The notes under the pieces: model-generated
What the model was told of the DNA's origin: nothing
Database searches by the model: none
The model's input: only the letters and a program-made list of their open reading frames with translations
Assembly (NCBI GenBank): GCA_963777605.1
Contig: CAVZRV010000016.1
Coordinates: forward strand, 1-44,647
DNA from: an uncultured Acidobacteriota bacterium
GTDB taxonomy: Bacteria; Acidobacteriota; UBA6911; RPQK01; JAPXNP01
Length of the DNA stretch: 44,647 nucleotides
Reading direction: 5' to 3'
Program-made: the position numbers and the translations under genes
Shown: piece after piece, positions 11,521 to 22,979 of the stretch
Position numbering within the stretch: the first letter of the stretch is position 1
Layout: each line of letters opens with the position of its first letter

Positions 11521-11615
11521 GATGTTCAAGTCGCAGTTCAACGTCACCCGGTAAGAAAGCGCAGGGCACAAACCGTCACATTGACAAACTCGACGAAAGG
11601 CCCTGCTGCGCGATA

Positions 11616-11639
11616 GGGAAGTGTAGTTGACGTCGGGGA
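11616..11639 (-). repeat. 24-bp dispersed repeat, copy 2 (inverted)
   Basis: GGGAAGTGTAGTTGACGTCGGGGA has reverse complement TCCCCGACGTCAACTACACTTCCC. Confidence 0.9.
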
Positions 11640-11703
11640 CGCACCGGCTTTCCCGTATGGCTCGGGACTCCGGATCACTGGGCTCAACCTCGGCTCTGTC
11701 GGA

Positions 11704-12703
11704 CTAATCCCTTTGATCCGCGGACCCAATTCTGTGAGTTTTTTGAAAACGATCCAACTTCGCGAGGAAGTCGGCCCACATCCGATTCTCGTCGAGATCG
11801 GTAATCCAGGTCACCTCACTGTCCGGTCTGAGCGGCCCAAACGAAGCATCGTCCTCGACCGCGGGGCGAGGATGGGTTACGTGATCTGTCATATTCAGCA
11901 GATAGGCGATCACGATGACGTCCCAGATCACCTTCTTGTTGGAGAAGTCGTCGACCCGGAGCGGCTTGACGAAGCGAAAATAGTGAGCGGTAAACTCTTC
12001 CCGAGCCAGTTCCCAATCGGCCCCCTGCTGCTGATCAGTGTCTTGGCCTCCGCAAAGTCAACTGAAAGACTCTCACGACAGACATCGGCGCAACCGACAA
12101 CGACCGGCACGTTAGAATGGAACACGACTTGAGCCGAGGGAATGTCGTTTATGATGTTGTAAAGGTCCTCTCCTGCCGGCCAGTTGTTAAACCCCATATC
12201 GATCACCCGAATTCGCTCCACAATGGACGGATCGAGCAGGATTGCGGAAGCGACGTCCGTCAGCGACCGATGGCCATGACATTCAACCGGTTTCGCGGTG
12301 AGAATGGCCGCGATGACTCGATGATCGAAAGAGCAGCCTGGCTTCTCCTGGGAGTTGTCGAGTCGGGCAGAGGTTGGCTGGCGCCCTCTACGAGAGGGGG
12401 GTGCGTTTTCAGATCCAGGCGGTTTTCCACGATATCCAGCAAAAGCTGATATCCCACAAAGCCAGCAGGCGCCGGGATCGAGGGGGCATAAGCTGAGGCG
12501 ACCCCGAGCACATCGAATTCTGGGCTCAGAAGCGTGTAGACAACGGCCCACTGGTCGTCCATCTCATTCCCAACATCAGTCGAGAGGAAGACAGGAATCT
12601 TCGTTTCAGGGTCCGCTGGCTGGCCTGAAGCCGACGGTGGACCGCTCAGCATTCCCAGCATTGCCGAGACAAGGATAAGTGGGAAGGCGCCCATTCGCAT
12701 CAT
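11704..12703 (-). CDS. Secreted IUNH-family nucleoside hydrolase NH1 (frameshifted)
   Basis: Signal peptide, FLSTDVGNEMDDQWA, LTDVASAILLDPSI, YNIINDIPSAQVVF and IWDVIVIAYLL. It is a paralogue of 12805..13824. Confidence 0.85.
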
Positions 12704-12804
12704 TTCTTCCTCCAGTTCTGCGACCCCTTAAGATCGAAGACAGATTGGGTTTTGAGGATTCAAACCTGACAAGAGAGAGTCCAACTGATGTCGGGTGACC
12801 CGTC

Positions 12805-13824
12805 CTAAGGCATTGGAAAAGTCAATCGAGTCCGAAAACGATAAGGGCCGACCGAATAGGTCCTCTGGTGGCGGTCCAGTTTCTCGAGGAAGTCCGCCCA
12901 CATACCTTCCTCGTCGACATCGGTGATCCAGGTGATTTGCTTCTTCCGATCTCCGGGGCTGAAGCTGACGTCGTCATTCAGCACAGGCCGGTCATAGGTT
13001 GCGTGTTGCGTAAAGCCCAGAAGATGAGCCACAACGATGGTGTCCCAAATGATCCACGGCTTCGAAAAGTCGTCCATCCTCATGGGTTTGACGTATCTAT
13101 AATAGAAGGCTTGGTACTCGTCCCAGAGCCACCGCCCAACGGGACCGCGCTCACTCACCATCTCCTTCGCTTGGTTCCACTTCAGCCCGAGATTCTCGGT
13201 GCAGACTGTCGCACAACCCACAACGATGGGTACATTCGACTCAAAAATGACCTGGGCTGCCTTGACATCATTCAATATGTTGAATCCGTCCCCTCCTTTG
13301 GGCCACTCGTCGAAGCCCATGAGCAAGACTTGGATACGGCCCGAAAGCGACGGATCCATCAGGAGAGCCGAGGCGACGTCGGTTCCCGCTCCAATTGTCA
13401 ATACTCGAAGGCGAGTGTTCTCAGAGAACCCCTGAGATGCCTGAACGATGAAGCTTGCGCCTTCGCTGGGCTGAGGGGCGGTCTTGCTCTTGAGTGGGAA
13501 ACTCGCCCCTTCCAATAGTGGGGGATGAACATCCATAGCCAGTCGCTCTTCGACAATATCGCGGAGGATCCGATAGGCTGTGTGACCCGCAGGGGGGGCA
13601 ATAGATGGCGCGTGGGCGGAGATGACTCCAAGAACCTCGAACTCATCGCTGAACAGTGTGTAGAGAATCGCCCACTGATCGTCGATCTCGTTACCCACGT
13701 CGGTCGAGAGGATGACGGGAATCTTCCCCTGCGCCGAAACAGGAACAGCACCGGCGAGAGACAAGCTCAGTAGGCTGAACAGGGCCCAGCGAGTGGTTCC
13801 ACGATACGAAGACTCTTTGATCAT
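12805..13824 (-). CDS. Secreted IUNH-family nucleoside hydrolase NH2 (intact)
   Basis: Signal peptide ending VSA-Q, ILSTDVGNEIDDQWA, IGAGTDVASALLMDP, FNILNDVKAAQVIF and IIWDTIVVAHLL. Confidence 0.88.
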   Translation of the reverse strand: MIKESSYRGTTRWALFSLLSLSLAGAVPVSAQGKIPVILSTDVGNEIDDQWAILYTLFSDEFEVLGVISAHAPSIAPPAGHTAYRILRDIVEERLAMDVHPPLLEGASFPLKSKTAPQPSEGASFIVQASQGFSENTRLRVLTIGAGTDVASALLMDPSLSGRIQVLLMGFDEWPKGGDGFNILNDVKAAQVIFESNVPIVVGCATVCTENLGLKWNQAKEMVSERGPVGRWLWDEYQAFYYRYVKPMRMDDFSKPWIIWDTIVVAHLLGFTQHATYDRPVLNDDVSFSPGDRKKQITWITDVDEEGMWADFLEKLDRHQRTYSVGPYRFRTRLTFPMP

Positions 13825-13925
13825 TTCACGCCCTCCCCAATTGATTAAGAATAACGGTTAGTGGTGAGCGGCGACCCTGGAATTCGCAGACTGGACAATG
13901 TCCGCGCCAGGAAGATGCCCCATAC

Positions 13926-15041
13926 CTACTCTGCAGGAGAGTCAAAACTGAACTTCCTCGCTTCGTCGAACATCGCCAGCACGTTTTCGACCGGCACGTC
14001 CGGCATGATCCCGTGATCCGGCCCCACTATGTAGCCGCCGCCCCGGCCCAGCACTCGAATGCGTTCACGGACTTCCCTGCGCACGTCGTCAACCGTGCCA
14101 AACGGCAAGGTTCGTTGCGTGCTGATACCTCCATAGAAAGTGATATGCTCCCCGTATTCTCGTTTCAGGATCTCGGGTTCATTTCCGGGGAGGTGAGTCT
14201 GCACGGTCTCCCACACGTCCATGCCGATGTCAATCAGGTCGCTCATCACGGGGCGGAATTGCCCACAGCTGTGGAACCACACTTTGAGTCCGTAGCTCTT
14301 CAGCAGTTCGAAGACCTTCCGGTAAGTAGGCTTCAGGAATCGCCGCCAGTGCTCCGGGGATATCATCAGTCCCCTCTGGGTCGCGAAATCGTCCCCATAG
14401 TAAGCGATTTCCGCCTGCCCTCGGGTGGCCTCGCAGAGCCTTCGAAAGAACTCAACCGTAAACTCCTCAGTCCTGCGGATTGCCGTTTCAATGAGCTTGG
14501 GCTGGACAGCCATGTTAATCAGCGTATCTTCCATGCCAAAGAGATTGAAAAGATTGCAAATCAGGGGCAACCAGGGCCCCCCTCCCGCGGCCGCCTCGTG
14601 ATCCTGCCCCTGTCTAGCGACTCCGTACTTCCCGTCAATCCGCTTGGCCTTGTCGGCAGGTAGGCGGGCCAGTAAGCGGGAAGCAACCTCGTAGTCGAAG
14701 TGATCAGGACTAGGCCAGGGAAATCTCTCCACGTCCGCGGGACTCGTAGCTTCACGGAGTGGGTAGTCTCTACCCACTCCGTAGCCGACTCCATCAGTTC
14801 CATATACTTCATCAACAGGCGCACCAAAGGCATCCAAACGCATGCGTGCGTTTGGACCAAAATAGACCGGGCGAGCGCTGAAAACGTCCACATCCAGGCG
14901 GAGTCGGACAGACTCCTTACTTTGAACCTGGAATCGCTTCAAGAACGCCTCGAGGTTGTAGATTCCCTCGATGTTGGTCGGGGCCACCGATGGTTGAACA
15001 TGAGTGAAGGCTTTGAGAATCCGATCCTTTCCAGTCTCCAT
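13926..15041 (-). CDS. Uroporphyrinogen decarboxylase/MtaA-CmuA family protein (putative cobalamin-dependent methyltransferase)
   Basis: GDDFATQRGLMISPEHWRRFLKP, WFHSCG, FYGGISTQRTLPFGT and GGGYIVGPDHGI...VPVENV are typical URO-D superfamily motifs. Confidence 0.85.
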   Translation of the reverse strand: METGKDRILKAFTHVQPSVAPTNIEGIYNLEAFLKRFQVQSKESVRLRLDVDVFSARPVYFGPNARMRLDAFGAPVDEVYGTDGVGYGVGRDYPLREATSPADVERFPWPSPDHFDYEVASRLLARLPADKAKRIDGKYGVARQGQDHEAAAGGGPWLPLICNLFNLFGMEDTLINMAVQPKLIETAIRRTEEFTVEFFRRLCEATRGQAEIAYYGDDFATQRGLMISPEHWRRFLKPTYRKVFELLKSYGLKVWFHSCGQFRPVMSDLIDIGMDVWETVQTHLPGNEPEILKREYGEHITFYGGISTQRTLPFGTVDDVRREVRERIRVLGRGGGYIVGPDHGIMPDVPVENVLAMFDEARKFSFDSPAE

Positions 15042-15217
15042 CTCAACCCCCTCTTAGTGCGGTTCCGCCACCGTCCCAACAGCCGTTGTCTCCCGGTTCT
15101 GCAAAATCCGGCTGCATTGACGGAAGCTGGATCCAATGATCCCGCCGAGTATACCATCGGAAGAATAGCACCACCACCACCACGGAAACTTTTCTGTACT
15201 GTTACCACAAAAAGTTC

Positions 15218-15246
15218 TTGACTGGCCAGTTACCCCGACCTAACAT
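15218..15246 (+). promoter_or_regulatory. Sigma70-type promoter upstream of the TonB-dependent receptor
   Basis: TTGACT (15218-15223), a 17-bp spacer, then TAACAT (15241-15246). It is preceded by an imperfect palindrome AACTTTT...AAAAGTT (15187-15216). Confidence 0.55.
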
Positions 15247-15300
15247 AAGTGTGAAATAAGACAATTCGCGCCAGTCTCGTTCGAGGGGAGGGGGTTTCTC

Positions 15301-18300
15301 ATGAGAAGGCCGCAGTTTCTGTTTTTGCTTGTTGCTCTCACCGTTCTTTGTTTGCTGCCCCGGTTCGCCACTGCTCAGTCGACCACCGGAGACATCTTGG
15401 GGGCGGTTACTGACCAACAGGGGAGTTTTATTCCGGGCGTCGAACTGACGTTGCGGAATGTGGAGACGAATGCGGCCCGCACGGCATTAAGTGATGACTT
15501 GGGCCGCTATATTTTCCCGCGAATGGACCCGGGAACGTATGAGCTGACGGCCGTACTTCAAGGTTTTAAGACGTTCGTGGCATCCGATATTGCGCTTCTG
15601 GTAGGAACGAGGCGTACCGTCAATGTGCCACTCAGTATAGGCGAGGTCAGCACGGCGATTGAGGTAAGTGCGGCTGCCGACGTTGTGCAGTCGGACGACG
15701 TTGCCATGACCAGTGTTCTCACAGCGAAAGAAATCGTCGAGTTGCCGCTCAACGGACGGAACTTCATCCAGCTTGCCCAGCTGTCTCCCGGTGTTATGCA
15801 AATTCACTCTGCCATCTCACCGGTGAGTTCTTGGACAAGCCGATCCGACATGTCGGTGGTGGTCGCTGGCCTGCGGGAGACCGACACCAGCTATCTCCTG
15901 GACGGTATCGAGACGCGTTCCCCTCGTTGGGGTGGTTCGGGATTTCGACCCTCAATTGACACAATTCAGGAGTTCAATGTTCAACGGAATGCTTTCACGG
16001 CCGACCAGGGTTGGGGAACAACGGTTGTGAACACGATCATCAAATCAGGGACCAACGAGTTCCACGGTTCCCTCTTCGAGTTCCTCCGGAATGACAAGCT
16101 GAACGCGAGGAACTTCTTTGACGGTTCGGAGAAACCACGATATAAGCAAAATCAGTTTGGTGGGACCGTCGGGGGCCCGGTGATTCGAGACAAGGTCTTC
16201 TTCTTCGGAAGCTATGAAGGCTATCGGTCGCGACTGGCAAACACCTACCTGGGCCGAGTTCCCTCACCCGAAAACCTGGCGGGCCAGTTCGACCATGAGA
16301 TTATTGATCCTACGACCGGAGCACCCTTCCCGGATAATCGGATACCCGTCGACCGATTTGACGCTGTAATGGTAAATGTCGCGCCGTTCTACCCGGCGCC
16401 GAATCGCGAGTTTGATCCGAGTCTAAATTATGGCCGCGAGGGACTCCAGCCTAGCGACCGTGACGAGATCCATGCCAAGGTCGATATCGACCTTACAGAG
16501 TCGGACCGGATGTTCGCTAAGTATTCTTGGGTGGATGAACCCCTGACCTCACCTTCGCTTTTCGAGGGATACGGTTTGAATAGGCCTCTTGGAGACCAGA
16601 ATGTCAGTCTCGGGTACACTCACTTCTTTGGTCCCAGTTTCGTTAATGAGTTCCGGCTCGGCTACAATCGCAATCTGGACTACAGTGTTCCGGAGGCAGC
16701 ATACGGGGAAGATCTTGCGAGACAGATCGGTCTGCAGAACACTACCACCAAAGCCGCCAACTTTGCACTTCCCGGTTTCGGTCCGCTCAATTATTCGGGA
16801 ATCGGCCAAGGCTACGCCCAAACTCAGGAGACAGTCGACAACCTGTTCCAGGTCAACGAAAACGTCTCCTATGTCAAGGGAGATCATAGCCTTAAGTTCG
16901 GCATGGATCTACGGCCTCGTCGCTTCGCCATAACCAACGACTTTCCTAGCGCTCCCTCTTTTAGCTTCGTGGGGTACTATACGGGAGATTCCATGGCCGA
17001 CTTCATGTTGGGACTGTTTGATTTCACCAATCAGTCTATCGGCGACAGCTCCGGAAGCTTCCGGAACACAGATTTCTCACTATATGGCCAAGATAACTGG
17101 AAGCTTACCTCGAATTTGAATGTCTATTTTGGTTTACGATACGAGTATTTTCAGCCGATGTCGGAAGAGAACAATAAACTCAACTATCTCGACCTCAATA
17201 CGCTGAAATACGTTGATGTGCAGGGCGCCCTATTCGAACCTGATCGCAACAACTTCGCACCACGAATCGGTCTTGCGTATAGTCCCTCTTCGAAGACAGT
17301 CATCCGAGCAGGATATGGAATTTTTTACGACCTGATTGGTCTCAATGAAACTCAGTTTTGGGGGGTTTCTAACCCACCCAACACTCAGATTGCGTCCTTC
17401 AACAATACTCGACCGACACCAACATATCAGGTGAACGGGATGTATCCTTCACCTGAATTTATCCCGAGCACATCTCCCAACACAACGTCACCTTGGAATC
17501 GAACTCCGTATGTTTCCCAGTACAATGTAAACGTTCAGAGGAATGTGGCCGGTTTTCTCATTGAGGCGGGTTATGTTGGTTCAACGGGTGTGAAGTTGAA
17601 TCGCCGTTTCATGATGAATATGCCACCACCCAAGCCGGGAGTTCCTATGGAGGACAGGCGGCCGTTTCCGGGTTTGGAGACATTCTGACTTCGATGAACA
17701 ATGGGTGGTCTAACTACAATGGTCTTAACGTTCGGGTTGATAGACCGCTTCGGAACGGTTTCGCGTTACTCACATCCTACACACTTGGAAAGGCCCTTGA
17801 CATCGGAGGCCCGGATGAATACGTTCACAGAGATATTACCGGGACGATCAAGGAGTTGCGGGGTCCCGCTTCCTTGGATTCGAGGCATCGGTTGGTAGTT
17901 AGCTGCATTTACGATCTCCCGTTCGGCCGGGGTCGAAGCTACGGCGGGGACATGTCTGGACCGGTGAATGCTATTATAAATGGTTGGCAACTCAGTGGAA
18001 TCGCCACGTTTATGAGTGGCCAGGCGAAAACGCCGAGTATCGGAGGTGACTTGGCTCGCATTGGCGGACGCCGCCTGCAGCCTGCTACGCGGATTGGACC
18101 TGGTAACAGTGACGCTCTGAAAGATGATATCCGAAAGCAGCCCACGCTATTCCCCTTCTTCGATGTTACCGACTTCGTTATTCCACCCGCGGAGACACTG
18201 GGCGATGGTGGAAGGGGAACGATCATCGGACCTGGGGTCAATAACTGGGATTTCAGCCTTCAGAGGTATTTCAGCCTAAAGGAAGCGATGTCGTTACAGT

Positions 18301-18440
18301 TCCGCGCGGAGTTCTTCAACGCGTTCAACCACGCTCAGTTTGTGGGCTTGGGCATGACGGCGAATGATCCGAACTTCGGCCGGATTACGTCAGCGAGAAA
18401 TCCGAGATATATCCAGTTTGGGCTCAAACTCAACTTCTAG
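15301..18440 (+). CDS. TonB-dependent receptor with N-terminal carboxypeptidase-regulatory-like domain (Oar type; one frameshift near 17690)
   Basis: Signal peptide, ILGAVTDQQGSFIPG, LPLNGRNFIQLAQLSPG, KSGTNEFHGSLFEFLRND, QDNWK, NNFAPRIG and C-terminal QFRAEFFNAFNH...PRYIQFGLKLNF. Confidence 0.93.
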
Positions 18441-18478
18441 ATTCTCGAGGAGATACGGCGGCTCTACACCTCCTCACA

Positions 18479-18509
18479 CTCCCGCCCGCAAGAGACATGC
18501 GGGCGGGAG
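18479..18509 (+). terminator. GC-rich stem-loop after the TonB receptor (terminator or mRNA-stabilising hairpin)
   Basis: Perfect 12-bp stem CTCCCGCCCGCA / TGCGGGCGGGAG with no U-tract. Confidence 0.45.
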
Positions 18510-18596
18510 ACGGCAAAAGAACACGGTAGGGGTCGAGCGACAGCGAACGGATGGCTTGCACCGCTCGGTCGATGGCAGTGAGACGAGGGAGCGCGC

Positions 18597-19597
18597 ATGT
18601 TTGTGTTGGACAGTTACTTATGGGCTGTGGTGTTCTGCTTGATCACCATGCTCTGCTGGGGATCGTGGGCGAATACGCAGAAGCTGGCAGCCAGAGACTG
18701 GCGTTTCGAGCTCTTTTACTGGGATTATGCAATCGGCGTCCTCCTTGTCTCAACGTTGTTCGCTTTGACACTCGGAAGTGTCGGCGCTGGAGGACGGGGG
18801 TTTCTTGTTGATTTGGCGCAGGCAGATCTTTCGAATCTCGTCTCCGCTGCTCTCGGCGGTGTTATTTTCAATGCGGCCAATATCCTGCTGGTGGCTTCGA
18901 TTGCGATTGCCGGCATGGCGGTGGCTTTCCAGGTAGGAATCGGTTTGGCTCTGGTTCTTGGGGTCCTCATCAACTACCTCGCCACTCCTCTGGGGAATCC
19001 GTTAGTTCTGTTTTTTGGGGTTGCCTTGGTGACGGCGGCCATCGTTTTAGATGCAATCGCCTACCGGAGACTGCCCAAAGAGACTGCGGATAGTGGCTCC
19101 GAGGGGCTTGTGTTGGCGGTTTTGTGCGGGATCCTGGCTGGTTTCTTCTATCGTTTTGTAGCAGCTTCGATGTCGCTCAACTTCAATAACCTTGAGCCAG
19201 GAAAGCTGGGACCGTACTCCGCCGTCTTTATGTTCTCGCTGGGACTTTTGGGCAGTAATCTGCTCTTCAATACGATCATTATGAAGAGACCTTTCGTAGG
19301 TCGTCCCGGTTTCTTTCGCCGACTACTTCGGAGGATCGGCGCCTCTCCACGCCGTCAGGTATTAGGTGGCATCATCTGGGGAATCGGCATGATGTTCAGC
19401 ATCATCGCCTCCGGGCAGGCGGGATTTGCCATCTCGTACGGATTGGGCCAGGGGGCAACCATGGTTGCGCGCTCTGGGGCGTGTTCGTGTGGAAGGAATT
19501 CAGGGAGGCTCCCCGCGGCACGAACCGGTTGATCGTATTGATGTTCGCCCTCTTCATATTGGGCCTTGGTCTCATCATCGTCTCGCGACAAACCTAG
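18597..19597 (+). CDS. GRP/ureide-permease-like DMT-superfamily sugar (ribose-type) transporter (frameshifted near the 3' end)
   Basis: ITMLCWGSWANTQKL, FELFYWDY, about 10 hydrophobic helices, AISYGLGQGATMVA, then WGVFVWKEF...IIVSRQT* at 19597. Confidence 0.85.
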
Positions 19598-19910
19598 GAG
19601 TCTGCGCGGCCAGAAAATCCGGGCCCATTAGTGCGGTTTTTCGGATGGCCTGCCTACCATATGGAGTGGTTAAAGCATCGAGAAATCGTTCTAATACGCA
19701 GATCCTAGCCCGAGCGAAGGAATGCGATGGGCCTCAGTCTATCGGGATCTGTACGCATCATCCAAGGCGGAAAGCATCTGAAATGAAATTGACGAGTCTG
19801 CATGTCGCGGGGAAGAAGCGTAGGCACGTATTCTCGAGACTCGGTTGCCCAATAGGGGATGCGGCTCCGCAACAGTCCGGCTCGCAGAGCCGAAGAGGAG
19901 AAGGTGAATT

Positions 19911-20924
19911 ATGACCCGATTTCCGAAGTGGGGCTGCGATAGTAGCATTCTCGATAATGGCCTTCACGAGCCCTCATCTGTACGGAGGCTCGGTCCGGCT
20001 TATTCTTTGACACCGACATGGGAAATGATATCGACGATGCCTTGGCCCTTGGGGTGATTCACGCCCTTGAAAGTCGCGGAGAATGTCACTTGTTGGGAGT
20101 CGATTACCTGACAAAAGAGCACCCGATGGGTGCTCCCTTTGTCGACGCCATCAATACCTTTTACGGACGTGGCGGCATCCCGATTGGTGTCGTTCACCAT
20201 GGCAAGGGCCGCCAGAGTCTGCGTACTTGCAGGCAGGATTGGCGAAGGATGCGGGCGGTGAGTATATCTATCCACACGACCTCGTCGAGAACCAAGATGC
20301 GGAAGATGCCGTGACACTTTTGCGGCGCCTTCTGGCCGGATCGGAGGACGGCTCGGTCGTCATCGTCCAGGTGGGTTTCAGCACGAATCTCGCGGCTCTT
20401 CTGGAAACGAGCCCCGACGCGATCAGCCCGCTGTCGGGGCCGGATCTGGTCCGCTGAAGGTCCGCATGCTGTCCGCAATGGCCGGCAATTTCTTGGAAGA
20501 GGTTCCAGAATTCAATGTCTTCGTCGACCGTGATTCGGCCGCAAAGGTGTTCTCGACGTGGCCCACAGAGATCGTATTCAGCGGCTTTGAGATCGGTCAT
20601 GCGATCCCCTATCCAGCGGTCAGCATCGAAGAAGACTTCGGCTATGTGAAGAACCATCCCATCGCAGACGCCTATCGGGCCTACAGTTCGATGCCCTACG
20701 ACCGACCAACGTGGGATTTGACCTCCGTGCTGTTCGCCGTCCGTCCAAATCGCGGCTACTTCGGATTCTCCAGACCGGGAATAGTCAGTGTCGACCAGCA
20801 AGGACGCACCAGCTTTCAAGAAAACGAAACAGGTAAACATCGCCACCTGACCGTTTCGGAACGCCAGAAGGAAACGACGCTGGAAGCGCTGATTCAGCTG
20901 ACGAGCCAGCCGCCATGCAGATAG
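19911..20924 (+). CDS. Secreted IUNH-family nucleoside hydrolase NH3 (frameshifted)
   Basis: RBS then ATG 19911. FDTDMGNDIDDALAL, VQVGFSTNLAALL, MAGNF, EFNVFVD, SGFEIG and RPTWDLTSVLFAVRP. Confidence 0.85.
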
Positions 20925-21095
20925 ACCCATGGGCCGAGTGGTCGGAGTTCTCCAGGGGACGTCGCCCTAGACGGTGACCGAATGCGCAAAAATCCGTAGA
21001 TGAAGTCCCAAGTGGGACCACCTCATATCGCGGAGTCCGTGCGGACGAAGCAGGGACGATGGCGATTCCCAACGGGAAATAGCGAGACATATGAG

Positions 21096-22784
21096 CTAAG
21101 AGCCAATCCGAAATGCCTGTTCTATGCTCTTCTCCTCGCCTGAGATCTTGTCCTGCACGCTGATGTCGATGCGATAGTCGCCAGAATCAAGACTCGATGC
21201 ATCGAAGGATCTAACCACAGCTACTCGACCTCCCCGATAGATTCGTAGGAACTCTCCCAAGTAGTCCAAGATCTCGAACCTTGTCTCAGACCCATGAGAA
21301 ATTCGATAAGAAACAGAGAGTGAGGGGATTTGAGAGGCTTGATCCAAGGTCGCATTGTAGATCTGAAAGTAGAGACCTATTGTCTGATTCTGGGAGAAGA
21401 GCCTCTCTGTATTCGGGTAAACCCTGAAGTCTCCTAAGACGAACATTCCCGGCTCGGCGGAAGCCTGATCGATCTCGACGCAGGACTCAGCCAAAATAAG
21501 GGAGCTTAGAGCAAGCTTGCCAGCAAGGTATCGAGGCGTAACGATCGCACCTTCATAGACTCCAATATTCCCGGTATTAAGATCCTTGACAATCAATGTG
21601 AGCTTATAGCGCCCTCCGGTGTCCAAAGGAATCATTCGCTGGTAGAGGGAGCGTCCCTTCAAGACCTGGGCCAAATGCTTCGAAGGGTAGGAAAGTTGAA
21701 GATCATCATCGAATTCGTAGACAACTCTATTGCCGATGGAGGTGACCACGCCGTACACGGCGGCTTTCGCCGTTACATTGTTTCCGGCTGCAGCAAATGT
21801 AAGCGTGTGGTTCTGAAATTCCAGGGTGACAGGCACCAGAGCTCTTCTTGTATCAAACTGCAGATAATCAATCTGCACGTTGAAGGGAAGGTTGGAGAAG
21901 GCAACGTTCGTCTTGACAAGCTGCTGCAGATCCTTGTATCGAATCTTCGCGGGAGCCCGAACTCCTGAGAATCTTTCGAATCGCATAAACGGATCGTCCT
22001 GGATTCTGGGGTGTTGGTAAGGGTAATTGTTTCAGGCGAGAAATAGGGGCGGTCCGACTCGAGCCCAGCCGAGGCTTTCAGCAAGAGTGAGACCCGCACC
22101 AGGGACATTGAGCAGCGCATCTTTCTCTTCGGGAAGAAGGGCGAGCCGAAACTCCCCAGACTGACTACTATCCACAAACTCGAGTTCAATATCGTCTCCA
22201 ATTCCGTCGATGTGTCGATACCTCCATATCTCAAAAGGAAATGTCGAAGTGTATCCCCCACCTTCATGATAGGGTCTTTTGTAGCTGCCACCTGATGGAT
22301 GCGACTCGACTTCATCCGGGGGTCCATGGATAATGTAAATCCGGCCCCGGTCGGTTTCCCAGCCCGGGATCCCACTCTGAAAGTACTCGTTCACGTAGGC
22401 GATTCTACGGTAGTGCTCTTCTTTGTATTCATTCACACGGGTCGTGGGATCCGAGTCGCGCCGAAACCAGAACTGCTCAATGAAGCGTTCCTGCTCCTCC
22501 GCCGTTGTCAGCTTAGCGAAAACCTCTTTCTCTTCGTCAGATATGATGTAGACGACATCTTGAGTCAACCATTTTCGGTAGTAGTCCTCTGCCTCTTCCT
22601 GGCGAAGTTTTTCATCGCGTGTCTGAGGTGGACTAGAGATAGAAAATGCCGGAGAGAGGAGAGAGGCAAAAAGTACAATCCAAGTGAGCCTAATGATCAA
22701 GCGAGCCAAATCTTCGGTGCACCTCATTGCACGAAGACGCTTCATGTCTGACCGCGAGTGATCCAACACGCTATACTCAAGCAT
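21096..22784 (-). CDS. GWxTD domain-containing protein (frameshifted near 22030)
   Basis: [45 protein letters not shown] and PFEIWRYR, with a beta-rich C-terminal half in ORF 21096..21986. Confidence 0.9.
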
Positions 22785-22979
22785 AGGGCATCGTTCGGTT
22801 TTTCAAGATCTTGTTGAAAAGACGTTCTTACCGCAGACTATTAATGCTAGACTGGTACTCGCTGCGATGTCAAGAGGGTGCCGGATGCCAAATAGCGCAT
22901 CGGCTGTCCCTTCTCATGACTATTCTCTCGGAGAGATTCGTGAGTCCCGAGTTCACTTTACTCGTTGGAGTGACCTATC

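Noticed and set aside
17688-17694. Programmed frameshift or genuine two-gene split of the TonB receptor
   Set aside because: No slippery site is evident, and similar breaks affect most genes in the window, so an indel error is simpler.
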